From: Bacteroidota bacterium
GTDB lineage: Bacteria; Bacteroidota; Bacteroidia; Bacteroidales; JAAUTT01
DNA: 64,000 nt
NCBI GenBank assembly: GCA_030706405.1
Contig: JAUZOO010000002.1
Location: 65,167-129,166 of the forward strand
Direction of reading: 5' to 3'
The notes beneath the pieces were generated by a model. It had not been told where the DNA came from. It did no database searches and saw nothing but the letters and a program-made list of their open reading frames with translations. Shown in pieces: positions 28,135-38,253 of the stretch. Both the position numbers and the translations under genes were made by a program. Numbering within the stretch: the first letter of the stretch is position 1; the number at the start of each line of letters is the position of its first letter.

Positions 28135-29337
28135 GTGAATAAGCCATATCGCAAAACAATTGAAAAGATTGTTGAAGGCGTATTGTTCTCGAGCAGTACA
28201 GTAACCAGCATTACGGTTATCTTTATCATTATCTTTCTGTTTAACGAAGGAATAGGACTTTTCCGCAGTAAGCCAGTTGAGCCGGGTTATTTTCTGGCAG
28301 TTAATAAAGAAAATCCGGTTAAGAAGCTTTCGGCAGAGCAAATTGATTTGATTTTTAATCAGGATGTAACCAATTGGAAAAAGCTGGGAGGAAAAAATGA
28401 TACCATTATCCTTCTGACGTTGAACAATGCCACCACTTATTTTAATGAAGACTCACTGGGTACAAATCTTGAGCATCTGCCAGAAAAGATTAACCAATTT
28501 GTCAATTCCTCCTCAGGGGTAATTGCCTTTTTTCCCGAAACTTACCAGCCCATAAACTTTAGAGGTTCCATTATTCCTATCGGTAACGTTAAAGTAGGCG
28601 AATTTTTGACAAATAAAAACTGGTACCCGACCAACCAGCCTGCTGCTCAGCTAGGTATTCTGCCGCTGATCCTCGGTACGTTGTGGGTTAGTTTAGGTGC
28701 CATTCTTTTTGCCTTGCCGCTGGGATTGGCAACTGCTATTTACATGGCCGAAGTTGCCGATAAGCGGTTACGCAATATCCTGAAGCCGATAATTGAGCTT
28801 TTGGCAGGTATCCCATCAGTGGTTTACGGTTTTTTTGGATTAGTGGTAATTGTTCCATTGGTGCAAAAACTATTTAACCTTGCCGTTGGCGAAACCGCCC
28901 TGGTGGGGAGTATAATTCTTGGCATTATGGCCCTGCCCACAATTATAACCATTGCCGAAGATGCTATTTTAACCACGCCCCAATCGCTCAAAGAAGCCAG
29001 TTTGGCATTGGGTGCATCGCGCTGGCAAACAATGGTGAGGGTGGTAATTCCTTATGCCAAATCGGGTATTGCGGCAGCTATCATTCTAGGCATTGGCCGT
29101 GCCGTTGGCGAAACCATGGCTGTGCTTATGGTTACCGGTAACGCCTCGGTGATTCCGCATTCGTTCCTTCAACCCGTGCGTACTATCCCGGCGACTATTG
29201 CTGCCGAATTGGGCGAAGCTCCTGCCGGAGGGCTTCATTACAAAGCCTTGTTTGCCTTGGGTATCGTACTGTTTATCATAACTTTTGTGATTAACCTGTC
29301 GGTTGATTTACTCAAATCGCGTTCACGTAAAGCTTAA
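28135..29337 (+). CDS. pstC: Phosphate ABC transporter permease PstC with a PstS-like periplasmic insertion
   Basis: GTG start, polytopic, EAA-loop region (ALGASRWQT). About 100 extra residues in the first periplasmic loop. Confidence 0.85.
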   Translation: MNKPYRKTIEKIVEGVLFSSSTVTSITVIFIIIFLFNEGIGLFRSKPVEPGYFLAVNKENPVKKLSAEQIDLIFNQDVTNWKKLGGKNDTIILLTLNNATTYFNEDSLGTNLEHLPEKINQFVNSSSGVIAFFPETYQPINFRGSIIPIGNVKVGEFLTNKNWYPTNQPAAQLGILPLILGTLWVSLGAILFALPLGLATAIYMAEVADKRLRNILKPIIELLAGIPSVVYGFFGLVVIVPLVQKLFNLAVGETALVGSIILGIMALPTIITIAEDAILTTPQSLKEASLALGASRWQTMVRVVIPYAKSGIAAAIILGIGRAVGETMAVLMVTGNASVIPHSFLQPVRTIPATIAAELGEAPAGGLHYKALFALGIVLFIITFVINLSVDLLKSRSRKA

Positions 29338-29342
29338 CAAAT

Positions 29343-30203
29343 ATGAAACTTAATAAACGTCTTTCCGAATTTATAGCATTTTCTATTTTTCGGGTCATTA
29401 GCTTTTCGGTTGTAGGTATCCTGTTTGTAATCCTCGCTTTTATTGTAGTAAGAGGAATATCGGTTATAAACTGGAAATTTTTGACAACTATGCCCGCCGA
29501 AGGAATGACCGCCGGAGGTATCCTGCCAGCCATTGTGGGTACATTTAGCCTCATTATCGGCAGTATGTTGTTTGCTTTTCCTATTGGTGTTTTATCCGGG
29601 ATATATATTAATGAATACCTGAAAGAATCGTGGTTCAAGAATTTTCTTCGCTCTATGACCAACAACCTTGCCGGTATTCCATCCATTGTGTTTGGTTTGT
29701 TTGGTATGGCACTGTTTGTGAATAAATTACATTTTGGCGATTCAATCCTTGCAGGCTCGTTAACGCTTGGTTTACTTGCCCTTCCTGTGATAATCCGTAC
29801 TACCGAGGAAGCCCTTAAATCGGTCGACGATACGCTCCGAATTGGTAGTTACGCGTTGGGGGCCACCAAGCTTCAAACTATCCAGAAAGTTGTGATTCCC
29901 ATTGCTTTTCCTAATATTGTTACGGGGTTAATTCTTTCCATGGGACGTGTATCAGGAGAAACCGCCCCAATCCTTTTTACGGTGGCTGCGTATTTTCTGC
30001 CTAAGCTTCCTACCAGTATTTTTGATCAGGCTATGGCCTTGCCTTATCATCTTTATGTGCTTTCTACCAGCGGAACCAATATGGAAGCCGCTCGCCCCAT
30101 GGCTTACGGTACAGCCTTTGTGTTGATTGCTATTGTATTATTGTTTAACTTGTTGGCCAATGCTTTACGTAAGTATTTTGGTAACAAGGTGAAAATGAAT
30201 TGA
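29343..30203 (+). CDS. pstA: Phosphate ABC transporter permease PstA
   Basis: Polytopic, EAA-loop (ALGATKLQT), and position after pstC. Confidence 0.9.
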   Translation: MKLNKRLSEFIAFSIFRVISFSVVGILFVILAFIVVRGISVINWKFLTTMPAEGMTAGGILPAIVGTFSLIIGSMLFAFPIGVLSGIYINEYLKESWFKNFLRSMTNNLAGIPSIVFGLFGMALFVNKLHFGDSILAGSLTLGLLALPVIIRTTEEALKSVDDTLRIGSYALGATKLQTIQKVVIPIAFPNIVTGLILSMGRVSGETAPILFTVAAYFLPKLPTSIFDQAMALPYHLYVLSTSGTNMEAARPMAYGTAFVLIAIVLLFNLLANALRKYFGNKVKMN

Positions 30204-30237
30204 TAAATTATTTCGATATAGTTTCGATCCTATTAAG

Positions 30238-31047
30238 ATGAAAGAAAAAGATACCCAAAAGAAAGATTCTGAACTTATTGCCCAGGCACAACAACCTGTC
30301 GTTGCAGAATCGCAAGATTTAAACTTGTTTTACGGACAGTTTCATGCCTTAAAAAATATAAATTTTGAGGTTAAGCAAAACAGCGTGGCTGCGTTGATTG
30401 GACCTTCAGGATGTGGAAAATCCACTTTTCTGCGGTTGTTTAACCGTATGAACGACCTTATCGACCATGTATCCATAAGCGGAAAGGTATTGCTTCGGGG
30501 TGAAGATATTTACGACCGCAAGCTCGACGTTGACGAACTCCGTAAGCGGGTAGGAATGGTTTTTCAGAAGCCTAACCCTTTTCCTAAATCAATTTACGAA
30601 AATGTGGCGTATGGATTGCGTGTTAACGGGGTTACCGATAAAGATTATATCGACGAAAAGGTAAAAACATCGTTAGTGCAGGCAGCCTTATGGAACGAGG
30701 TAAAAGACAACCTTAAAAAGTCGGCTTTTGCCCTATCCGGAGGTCAGCAACAGCGTTTGTGTATTGCCCGTGCCCTGGCCGTTGAGCCTAAACTTCTTTT
30801 AATGGACGAACCTGCATCGGCCCTCGACCCTATTTCAACCGCGAAAATCGAAGAGTTGATTTTTGAACTCAAAAAGGATTATACCATTATTATAGTTACC
30901 CATAACATGCAGCAGGCCGGTCGCGTGAGCGATACTACCGCTTTCTTTTATATGGGCGAGCTTATTGAGTTCGGTTCGACAAAGCAAATATTTACCAGTC
31001 CTAAAGACATTAAAACCCAAAATTATATAACCGGACGTTTTGGTTGA
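30238..31047 (+). CDS. pstB: Phosphate ABC transporter ATP-binding protein
   Basis: Walker [10 protein letters not shown], signature LSGGQQQR and Walker B LLLMDEP. Confidence 0.95.
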   Translation: MKEKDTQKKDSELIAQAQQPVVAESQDLNLFYGQFHALKNINFEVKQNSVAALIGPSGCGKSTFLRLFNRMNDLIDHVSISGKVLLRGEDIYDRKLDVDELRKRVGMVFQKPNPFPKSIYENVAYGLRVNGVTDKDYIDEKVKTSLVQAALWNEVKDNLKKSAFALSGGQQQRLCIARALAVEPKLLLMDEPASALDPISTAKIEELIFELKKDYTIIIVTHNMQQAGRVSDTTAFFYMGELIEFGSTKQIFTSPKDIKTQNYITGRFG

Positions 31048-31141
31048 TCGTGTAGTTGTGAACAGCAGAATACCGGATTTCGAACAAAATCCGTAACTTC
31101 AATGTAAACTATTTAACCGAAAACTTTTTAAACAACAAACA

Positions 31142-31864
31142 ATGACACATCTAGATACAGAACTTAAAACGCTGAAATCATCCGTTATTTCGATGTGGCT
31201 TATGGTGATAAGCCAGTTGGAAAAGGCTGAAAAGGCCATAACACAGATTGATAAAGATTTAGCTAAAGAAATTAAAGAAAATGAAAAACGGGTTGATGCT
31301 TATGAGCTGAAAATCAATATGGACTGCGAAAATATACTCGCGCTTTTTAGTCCGGTAGCTGTTGATTTACGTTTTGTGCTGGCCGCTATGAAGATTAACT
31401 ATAACCTCGAACGTATTGGCGATTATGCAAAGTCGATCGCCGATTACACTGAGCAAATGAGTGCCTCTTTCGATAAAAAGCTTTATAAAGCCACCGGAGT
31501 AAACGAGATGTTTACCATTTCGTTTACCATGCTTAACGATGCTTTGCGAGCTTTTGAAAACGATGCCCCGCAAATGGTACGTTCCATTTATCAGCTCGAC
31601 GATGATATGGACCGGATAAACATTAAAGCCGACGATGTTATCTGCGAGTGGATACAGTCTAATCCTGGCAATGTACGTGATGCCCTTTTCCTGCATTCTA
31701 TTACCCGCAAACTAGAAAGAGTTGGAGATCAGTCCAAGAATATCGCTACGGAAATCATTTTCCACACCGAGGCTAAAATGATGCGTCACAAGAAGAAAAA
31801 GAAAATTCTAAAAGTTCTGGATAAGGAAGAAGATCAGGACGAAGCCGTAAAAAATGACGAATAG
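31142..31864 (+). CDS. phoU: Phosphate signaling regulator PhoU
   Basis: Two PhoU repeats (ERIGDYAKSIA and ERVGDQSKNIA), directly after pstB. Confidence 0.9.
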   Translation: MTHLDTELKTLKSSVISMWLMVISQLEKAEKAITQIDKDLAKEIKENEKRVDAYELKINMDCENILALFSPVAVDLRFVLAAMKINYNLERIGDYAKSIADYTEQMSASFDKKLYKATGVNEMFTISFTMLNDALRAFENDAPQMVRSIYQLDDDMDRINIKADDVICEWIQSNPGNVRDALFLHSITRKLERVGDQSKNIATEIIFHTEAKMMRHKKKKKILKVLDKEEDQDEAVKNDE

Positions 31865-31922
31865 TTTTTGGAGTTTGGGTTAAATAAAAAATCAGATAAC
31901 CGCAAAATAAATAGTAATACAT

Positions 31923-31983
31923 AACGCGAAGTGGTGCAAAGTTTAGGATTTGAAATATTCGATAGTTTGCGCCACTTCGCGTT
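31923..31983 (+). repeat. Palindromic AACGCGAAGT..GCAAAG element (copy 1) downstream of phoU
   Basis: 18-bp stem with one G-U pair (31923..31940 with 31966..31983) and a 25-nt loop. Confidence 0.7.
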
Positions 31984-32202
31984 TATTAACCTCCTTCCTA
32001 AATCGATTAAGATGAAATTTTGAAATGTATTAAACAGAATGGATTAATATATTGTTAACATATAAGTTATAATTTAATATTATTTCACGATACAATAATT
32101 TTCGCTTAATGGTATCTTAACTTCATAACGGTATTTTTACTTGAAATAAAGGCATTTATAAGTTTTAAGTTCTTATAAACGCCTTTTCTAAAAATAGCGT
32201 TT

Positions 32203-32895
32203 ATGGAATACCGGTTTAAGGTACTAATTGTTGACGATGAACAGGATATACTTGAGTTTGTGAGTTACAACCTCCGGAAAGAGGGTTTTCACGTTTTTAT
32301 GGCCAATACCGGACGCCAGGCCATTGAGCTGGCTAAAGAAGTGCAGCCTCACCTTATTTTACTCGATGTAATGATGCCCGAGATGGATGGCATCGAAACC
32401 TGCCAGCAACTGCGGCAGATACCTGGATTGCAGAACGTAGCCATAGCTTTTTTAACTGCCCGTTCGGAAGATTATTCGCAAATTGCAGGTTTTGAGGCTG
32501 GTGGCGACGACTATATTTCTAAGCCCGTACGGCCCAAGGTATTGGTAAGTCGCCTGAGGGCATTGCTTAGACGTTATAACCTTGTATTATCCGAAGAGGT
32601 TCCGGAAGATTTTAATACCAAGCAGTTTGGAAATGTAACTATCGACGTTGAAAAGTACCAGGTAACCCTTGATGGAAATAATATCTATCTGCCCAAAAAG
32701 GAGTTTATGTTATTGCAACTGTTAACTTCCCGGCCATCTAAGGTTTTTACCCGCGAAGAGATTTTCGATTACATTTGGGGCGACGATATTTATGTGGGCG
32801 ACCGCACCATCGACGTTTATGTGAGGAAACTTCGCGAGAAGCTAGGCTCTAATCGTATCCGTACTATAAAAGGGGTAGGGTATAAGTTCGATTGA
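32203..32895 (+). CDS. OmpR/PhoB-family DNA-binding response regulator (no cognate kinase adjacent)
   Basis: Receiver domain (VDDEQD, LLDVMMPEMDG, SKP) plus a winged-helix trans_reg_C domain (GVGYKF). Confidence 0.85.
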   Translation: MEYRFKVLIVDDEQDILEFVSYNLRKEGFHVFMANTGRQAIELAKEVQPHLILLDVMMPEMDGIETCQQLRQIPGLQNVAIAFLTARSEDYSQIAGFEAGGDDYISKPVRPKVLVSRLRALLRRYNLVLSEEVPEDFNTKQFGNVTIDVEKYQVTLDGNNIYLPKKEFMLLQLLTSRPSKVFTREEIFDYIWGDDIYVGDRTIDVYVRKLREKLGSNRIRTIKGVGYKFD

Positions 32896-32916
32896 GGTTG
32901 CACTAAATAGAAAATG

Positions 32917-32966
32917 CGGATTATACTGATGCTATATTATATGACATCAGTATAATCCGTTTTTTT
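32917..32966. terminator. Bidirectional terminator between the response regulator and the OlsF-like gene
   Basis: 15-bp stem (CGGATTATACTGATG 32917..32931 with 32945..32959), then T7. Confidence 0.85.
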
Positions 32967-34725
32967 AAGCCATACTATGCCGCAACTTTTTTGATAGCGA
33001 ATGGATAATGTTGGGGTCAATATCTTTAACATCGAGGATTAGCAGTCCGTCAAGCGAGTTGTTAAAATCCGGATCAACATTGAACGATATTATTTTACCA
33101 CCCAGCGAAAGATATTTCTTCAACATCACGGGCATACGGCTGTTGTCACTTTCTAAGTCGCTGATTACTTCATCAAGTTTATTGAGGTTATATGCTTTTT
33201 CGAGCAGGGTTTCGGTTTCTTCGCTGTAACGCACCGGTACAAAAGGGTTACGGGGTTTTACATAGCAGGCAAGGTTGTCGTTAAAGTAATTTTTCTTCAC
33301 AAAGTTTATCATTATTTGTTGTGAAAATACGGAGTACTTATTGCTTATGCTTACCGGTCCAACCAGATATTGATAATCAGGATTTTTAAGCAGAAAATAC
33401 AGGATACCTTTCCAAAGTAGAAACAACGACATGGGTTTTCGCTGGTATTCCTTAACAACAAACGATCGGCCAAGTTCTATCGACTGGCTGAATATTGACT
33501 GTAGTTTTTTGTCGATTTTAAATAGTGTCTGGATATAAAAACCGTTCATACCAAATTGCGAAATGATGTCAGCGCCTTTCCCGATGCGATAACCGCCCAC
33601 AATAGCCTGATTTTCTTCGTCCCAAATAAAAAGTTGGTGATAGTATAGATCGTATTCGTCGATATCGGTACTGCGATTTGTACCTTCCCCAACTTCGCGG
33701 AACGTTATTTCACGCAGCCTCCCAATTTCGTAAGTAATGTTGGGGATAAGGGGTGACGGCGCACAAAATATCGTATAGTGCTGATGGCGGAATAACTCAT
33801 AGTGACCGGCTATTTTTGCAATATCTACCATTAATAAATATCCGCTGATGGGTGCAATGATATCTTCGGCTTTTGCCGGACGTTTTTTCATATTAAAAAA
33901 TACTCCTATATCCTGTTTGGTTTCAAGGGCGTAAGTTCGGGCCCGCAAATATCGGCCATATTCTTCAATTTCGGGAAATTTTCGTTGTTCTTTAACCGAA
34001 ACAGAATTGCCTATGCTCACCTTAATAACCTTGTTTTGTTTATTAAGCATTTCCGAAGGAATGCGGGCGGTGCGCAACATTGGGTTTATTTTGCCCATAG
34101 CATGAAACAACCAACTGTTGCCACCTTCAAAATATACAGGGATGACCGGTACTTCTGCATTTTTTATGAATTTAAGGATGGAACTGTTCCAGGTCTTGTC
34201 GGAAATAAAATTGGCCTGGTTATGAAAGGTTGAAACTTCGCCTGCCGGGAAAATAGCCAACGGACGTCCCGAGCTTATATGTTGAAAAGCAGATTTTAGC
34301 CCTTGAAAACTGGATTGTGTTTCTTTATGCGATTCAAACGGGTTTACTGCAAATACATAGTCTTTTATTGGTTTAATATGATGAAACAAAAAGTTCCCCA
34401 TAATTTTAAAATCAGGCCTGATAGCCAGTATTTTATTTAAAAGAATTAAGCCTTCGATGCCGCCGAAAGGGTGATTGGCGATGAGAATGAACGAACCCTT
34501 TTCGGGGATACGAGCCAGACTGGTTTCGTCGATGTTAAACTTTATTTCTGCTTCAGCAAGCACAGCCTCAATAAATTCGGGGCCGGGTTTGTAACTATGG
34601 TTGCTATATATTTGGTTAATTTTATCGAATTGAAATACAGACATTAAGATTTTAGCCGTGTTTTTTCCACCAAACTTATCCAGTTTAGCTACTTTGATTA
34701 CATCGTTTGTTTGAATGAGTTCCAT
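32965..34725 (-). CDS. Bifunctional acyltransferase, OlsF-like (ornithine/amino-lipid synthase)
   Basis: 586 aa. N-terminal PlsC-type acyltransferase (ANHPFGGIEG) and C-terminal OlsB/GNAT-like N-acyltransferase (LFIWDEENQAIVGGYRIG). Confidence 0.7.
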   Translation of the reverse strand: MELIQTNDVIKVAKLDKFGGKNTAKILMSVFQFDKINQIYSNHSYKPGPEFIEAVLAEAEIKFNIDETSLARIPEKGSFILIANHPFGGIEGLILLNKILAIRPDFKIMGNFLFHHIKPIKDYVFAVNPFESHKETQSSFQGLKSAFQHISSGRPLAIFPAGEVSTFHNQANFISDKTWNSSILKFIKNAEVPVIPVYFEGGNSWLFHAMGKINPMLRTARIPSEMLNKQNKVIKVSIGNSVSVKEQRKFPEIEEYGRYLRARTYALETKQDIGVFFNMKKRPAKAEDIIAPISGYLLMVDIAKIAGHYELFRHQHYTIFCAPSPLIPNITYEIGRLREITFREVGEGTNRSTDIDEYDLYYHQLFIWDEENQAIVGGYRIGKGADIISQFGMNGFYIQTLFKIDKKLQSIFSQSIELGRSFVVKEYQRKPMSLFLLWKGILYFLLKNPDYQYLVGPVSISNKYSVFSQQIMINFVKKNYFNDNLACYVKPRNPFVPVRYSEETETLLEKAYNLNKLDEVISDLESDNSRMPVMLKKYLSLGGKIISFNVDPDFNNSLDGLLILDVKDIDPNIIHSLSKKLRHSMA

Positions 34726-34975
34726 ATTTATACAATATTAAAATGTTTCAAAGTAAGTCCCGACTTGTTAAGTGAACCTGTGGATAAGGTTAAGTTATTG
34801 TTTGGGATATAATAGTGTTTTTGATGCCGATTTTTGAGGATTCTGTGTAGCGAAAGCCTTTTGATTTTTTTATTTCTTGGGATTGTTTTTAGTGGTTATT
34901 CAAAAATTTGCTAAATATGTTAAGTTTAACTAAATTAGATAATTGTAATTTGAAAGAAAGTGAGTGTAGCCGATA

Positions 34976-35068
34976 TTAACATTAAATTTAACTTGGCTTA
35001 ACAAAATGGCAACAGTTGATTAATACCTGTAACATAAAAATAACTTTCCGTAAATGTTCAGGAAACAT
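34976..35068 (+). promoter_or_regulatory. Two Pho-box-like heptamer arrays in the divergent OlsF-like/porin intergenic region
   Basis: Distal array: TTAACAT-taaa-TTTAACT-tggc-TTAACAA (34976..35004). Proximal array: GTAACAT-aaaa-ATAACTT-tccg-TAAATGT-tcag-GAAACAT (35029..35068). Confidence 0.6.
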
Positions 35069-35125
35069 TCAGGTAGTTCTTTTGTGTCAGAATTTCATTC
35101 TAACCAAAAAATTAAAATTTAAACT

Positions 35126-36430
35126 ATGAAAAAGTCGAACATTTATTTATTGCTTTTTATCATTTGCAGTTTTGTTTCTGTTAGTGTAAATGCGCAGGAA
35201 ACAGAAAAAACAGACACCGTTATGCGTGTTTTAGAGCAACTCCAGTCAGATGTTGCTTTCTTAAAAAACTTGAAAGTTTCGGGATACGTTCAAGCCCAGG
35301 CTCAATTTGCTGATACTTTAGGTGCTAAGACAGATATGGCTGCTGGCAATTTCCCTACCGGATCAGATAAACGTTATTTAATTCGCCGCGGACGTTTAAA
35401 ATTTTTATATAGTGCCAGTCCGTTGAGTTCGGCAGCTATGCAGATCGATATTAGCGAATCGGGCGTTAAGACCAAAGAAATTTGGGCCAAATTTACCGAT
35501 CCTTTTGTAAACTGGTTTAGCTTAACTGCTGGTCTTCAAAATCGTCCTTTTGGTTTCGAAGTTGAATATTCCTCCGGTAACCTCGAAAGTCCTGAACGTG
35601 CCCGTATGAACCAATCTTTATTCAAAGATGAATACGATTTAGGTGCAATGCTTACCATTCAGGCTCCTAAAACTTCGCCTTATAATTTTCTTAAACTTGA
35701 TTTAGGTCTTTTCACCGGTTCTATCGAAAATACCAGTGGTATGGACTACAAGAAAGTTAAGGACTTCATTGGTCGTTTAAACTTTGCTAAATCATACCTT
35801 GATGAAAAACTTAAAGTTAGCGGCGATCTTTCTTATTACAATGGTGGTGTTCCTAACAATACCACTTCCATTTATAAAGTTCAGACAGCTAGCGGAAACC
35901 CTGTTTTTACAGCTAAAACAGTAAACAAATATGATAATATTCTTCGCGAATACTGGGGTGCTGATGTTCAGGTTTCTTATGCAGGCGAGTTAGGTTTGTC
36001 TACCTTCAGGGCTGAATATACTAAAGGTCAACAGGCATCAGCTGCGGGCGATATTAAAAACCCTACAGCATTGTTAGTTAACTCAGCAACTCCTGCTGTT
36101 GCTCAACCTCTTTATGTTCGTCAGGTTGAAGGTTTTTACCTGATGTATGTTCAGAATATTCTTCAGTCTCGCCACTCTATCGTTGTTAAATACGATATGT
36201 TTGATCCCAATACTAAGGTTAGCGGAAATCAGATTTCCAGTGCTAACGGTTTTACCGCCTCTGACATTAAATTCAATACTTGGGGTTTAGGTTATACCTG
36301 TCGCATCGACGCTAATACAAAACTGGTTATCTACCGCGATTTCATTAAAAATGAAAGCACTAAAATCTCAGGATACACTCAGGATGTTAAGGACAACGTT
36401 TGGACCATCCGTCTGCAATACAAATTCTAA
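35126..36430 (+). CDS. Phosphate-selective porin O/P family outer-membrane protein
   Basis: Signal peptide, beta-strand-rich, C-terminal RLQYKF. Located between Pho-box-like arrays and pstS2. Confidence 0.7.
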   Translation: MKKSNIYLLLFIICSFVSVSVNAQETEKTDTVMRVLEQLQSDVAFLKNLKVSGYVQAQAQFADTLGAKTDMAAGNFPTGSDKRYLIRRGRLKFLYSASPLSSAAMQIDISESGVKTKEIWAKFTDPFVNWFSLTAGLQNRPFGFEVEYSSGNLESPERARMNQSLFKDEYDLGAMLTIQAPKTSPYNFLKLDLGLFTGSIENTSGMDYKKVKDFIGRLNFAKSYLDEKLKVSGDLSYYNGGVPNNTTSIYKVQTASGNPVFTAKTVNKYDNILREYWGADVQVSYAGELGLSTFRAEYTKGQQASAAGDIKNPTALLVNSATPAVAQPLYVRQVEGFYLMYVQNILQSRHSIVVKYDMFDPNTKVSGNQISSANGFTASDIKFNTWGLGYTCRIDANTKLVIYRDFIKNESTKISGYTQDVKDNVWTIRLQYKF

Positions 36431-36506
36431 TACAACTAAAAGTTCCCGGATACACAAGCTCCGGAAACCTTCTTAAAGATTATAAAAACTTAATAAATAA
36501 AAGATT

Positions 36507-37328
36507 ATGAAAAAGTTATTATTTGTAGCATTAGCTTCTGTTGCTATGTTCAATGCCACCATGGCACAGTCGTTCAAAATCAAAGGAAGTGATACTTGCT
36601 TGCCTTTGATCCAGAAAGAATCGGAAGTTTATATGAAAGGACACAAAGGAACTTCAATTACCGTAGTTGGTGGTGGTTCGGGTGTTGGTATTGCAGCTCT
36701 GTTGTCGGGGTCAACGGATGTAGCTATGGCGTCGCGTAAAATGAAGATGGACGAAAAACTTAAAATGCAGGATGCCGGAAGAGCCGTTAAAGAAGTTGTT
36801 TTCGCTAACGACGCTATTGCTTTTATCGTAAATCCTGCCAATAAAGTTAGCCAGTTAACCCGCGAACAACTCGAAGGTATCTTCACCGGTAAAATCAAAA
36901 ATTGGAACCAGGTTGGTGGCGATAACATGCCTATCGTTGTTTACTGCCGTGAGTCCAGCTCTGGAACTTATGAGTTTGTGAAAGAAAGAATTCTTTTGAA
37001 TAAAAATTTTGCATCTAACGCATTGTTAATGCCTGCTACCGGAGCTATCGTACAGAGTGTAAGCCAAACCAAAGGTGCTATTGGTTATGTTGGTCTTGCT
37101 TATGTTGAAAAATCCGTAAAAGCTATTGGTGTGTCAAACAACAAAGGAAAATCTTTTGTACACCCTTCGCTCGAAACTGCAATGAATAAAACTTATCCTG
37201 TAACCCGTCCGCTGCAATTGTACTATCAGATAAAAGACGAAAAGAAGGTTTCGGCCTATATCGCTTATCTTCTCTCTGCCGAAGGTCAGAAGACTGTTAA
37301 AGCAGAAGGTTATGTACCTTTAAAATAG
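36507..37328 (+). CDS. pstS: Second phosphate-binding protein paralog
   Basis: Collinear with the 27276..28100 product and roughly two-thirds identical by eye. Confidence 0.9.
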   Translation: MKKLLFVALASVAMFNATMAQSFKIKGSDTCLPLIQKESEVYMKGHKGTSITVVGGGSGVGIAALLSGSTDVAMASRKMKMDEKLKMQDAGRAVKEVVFANDAIAFIVNPANKVSQLTREQLEGIFTGKIKNWNQVGGDNMPIVVYCRESSSGTYEFVKERILLNKNFASNALLMPATGAIVQSVSQTKGAIGYVGLAYVEKSVKAIGVSNNKGKSFVHPSLETAMNKTYPVTRPLQLYYQIKDEKKVSAYIAYLLSAEGQKTVKAEGYVPLK

Positions 37329-37365
37329 TACTGTCGATTGATTTAAATATCCTTTATAAAATAGA

Positions 37366-37414
37366 AAAAATCCCCCTTTTGTATATGGTTTATATATGTA
37401 AAAGGGGGATTTTT
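37366..37414 (+). terminator. Terminator after pstS2
   Basis: AAAAATCCCCCTTTT pairs with AAAAGGGGGATTTTT. Confidence 0.8.
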
Positions 37415-37468
37415 ATACCCTCCTTGATAATGTTAAATTAGTCGTAAATAATTGTAAAATAGTTTATT

Positions 37469-37987
37469 ATGAAAATAAAGTTGTTTTTTATATGTGTATT
37501 GTTCGGAACCTCCGGGTTATTACACGCACAAAATTTTAAGACCATAAGGATTGGAAACCAGATTTGGATGGCCGAGAATCTTAATGTTGTGGTTCCCGGA
37601 AGCTGGACCTATAACGGTAGCACTGAAAATGGCCGGAAATATGGCCGTCTTTACACTTGGGAAGCAGCAAAGAGGGCGTGTCCCGCAGGTTGGCATCTGC
37701 CTACCGATAAAGAGTGGACCGAATTACTCGATCGCCTTGGAGGCGAAGATGTTGCCGGAAAACAGTTGAAAGCTGGCGGAAACTCTGGGTTTAACGCCCT
37801 TTACGGTGGCCTGTCGGATGTAGGGAACTTCCGCCTACTAAATTCCTATGGCACGTTTTGGTCTGCCTCGAGCTACGATGCCGACCATGCTTGGTATTTC
37901 TATATTACGGCAGCCAATAGTAATGTAACCAAAACGTATTTTAAAAAGGCGTACGGATTTTCCGTGCGGTGTGTAAAGAATAAATAG
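37469..37987 (+). CDS. FISUMP-domain (Fibrobacter succinogenes major paralogous domain) secreted protein
   Basis: IGNQIWMAENLN, GRLYTW, CPAGWHLPTDKEW and GFSVRCVK motifs. Confidence 0.85.
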   Translation: MKIKLFFICVLFGTSGLLHAQNFKTIRIGNQIWMAENLNVVVPGSWTYNGSTENGRKYGRLYTWEAAKRACPAGWHLPTDKEWTELLDRLGGEDVAGKQLKAGGNSGFNALYGGLSDVGNFRLLNSYGTFWSASSYDADHAWYFYITAANSNVTKTYFKKAYGFSVRCVKNK

Positions 37988-38154
37988 GTTAGGCAAATTG
38001 CATATTCAAAAGCACTGTTGAGTTATTTTGTGAGATTCTTCAGTGCTTTGTCATTTTATTTAGATTAATCTGTTTTTATAAAGAGTAATAATACTATAAA
38101 TCAACCGTTTAGTTTTTTATAAGCTTGTTCGGTTTTTATGGTTTTTTTTAGCAA

Positions 38155-38190
38155 TTTGTTTGTATAGCTTAAAAAGTAAAAGTACTTTTG
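38155..38190 (+). promoter_or_regulatory. Bacteroidota-type promoter of the MgtE_N-CBS/NRAMP operon
   Basis: TTTG at 38159..38162 and TACTTTTG (TAnnTTTG) at 38183..38190, with 20-nt spacing. Confidence 0.55.
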
Positions 38191-38253
38191 CAGCGTTTAA
38201 AAAAATATAGCCCCATGGACGAAGGCCCTGAGAATATAGATTATTATTTATCG

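Noticed and set aside
36431-36506. Terminator or attenuator between the porin gene and pstS2
   Set aside because: Only a short, imperfect TCCGGA-based stem without a T-run is present, which is too weak to call.
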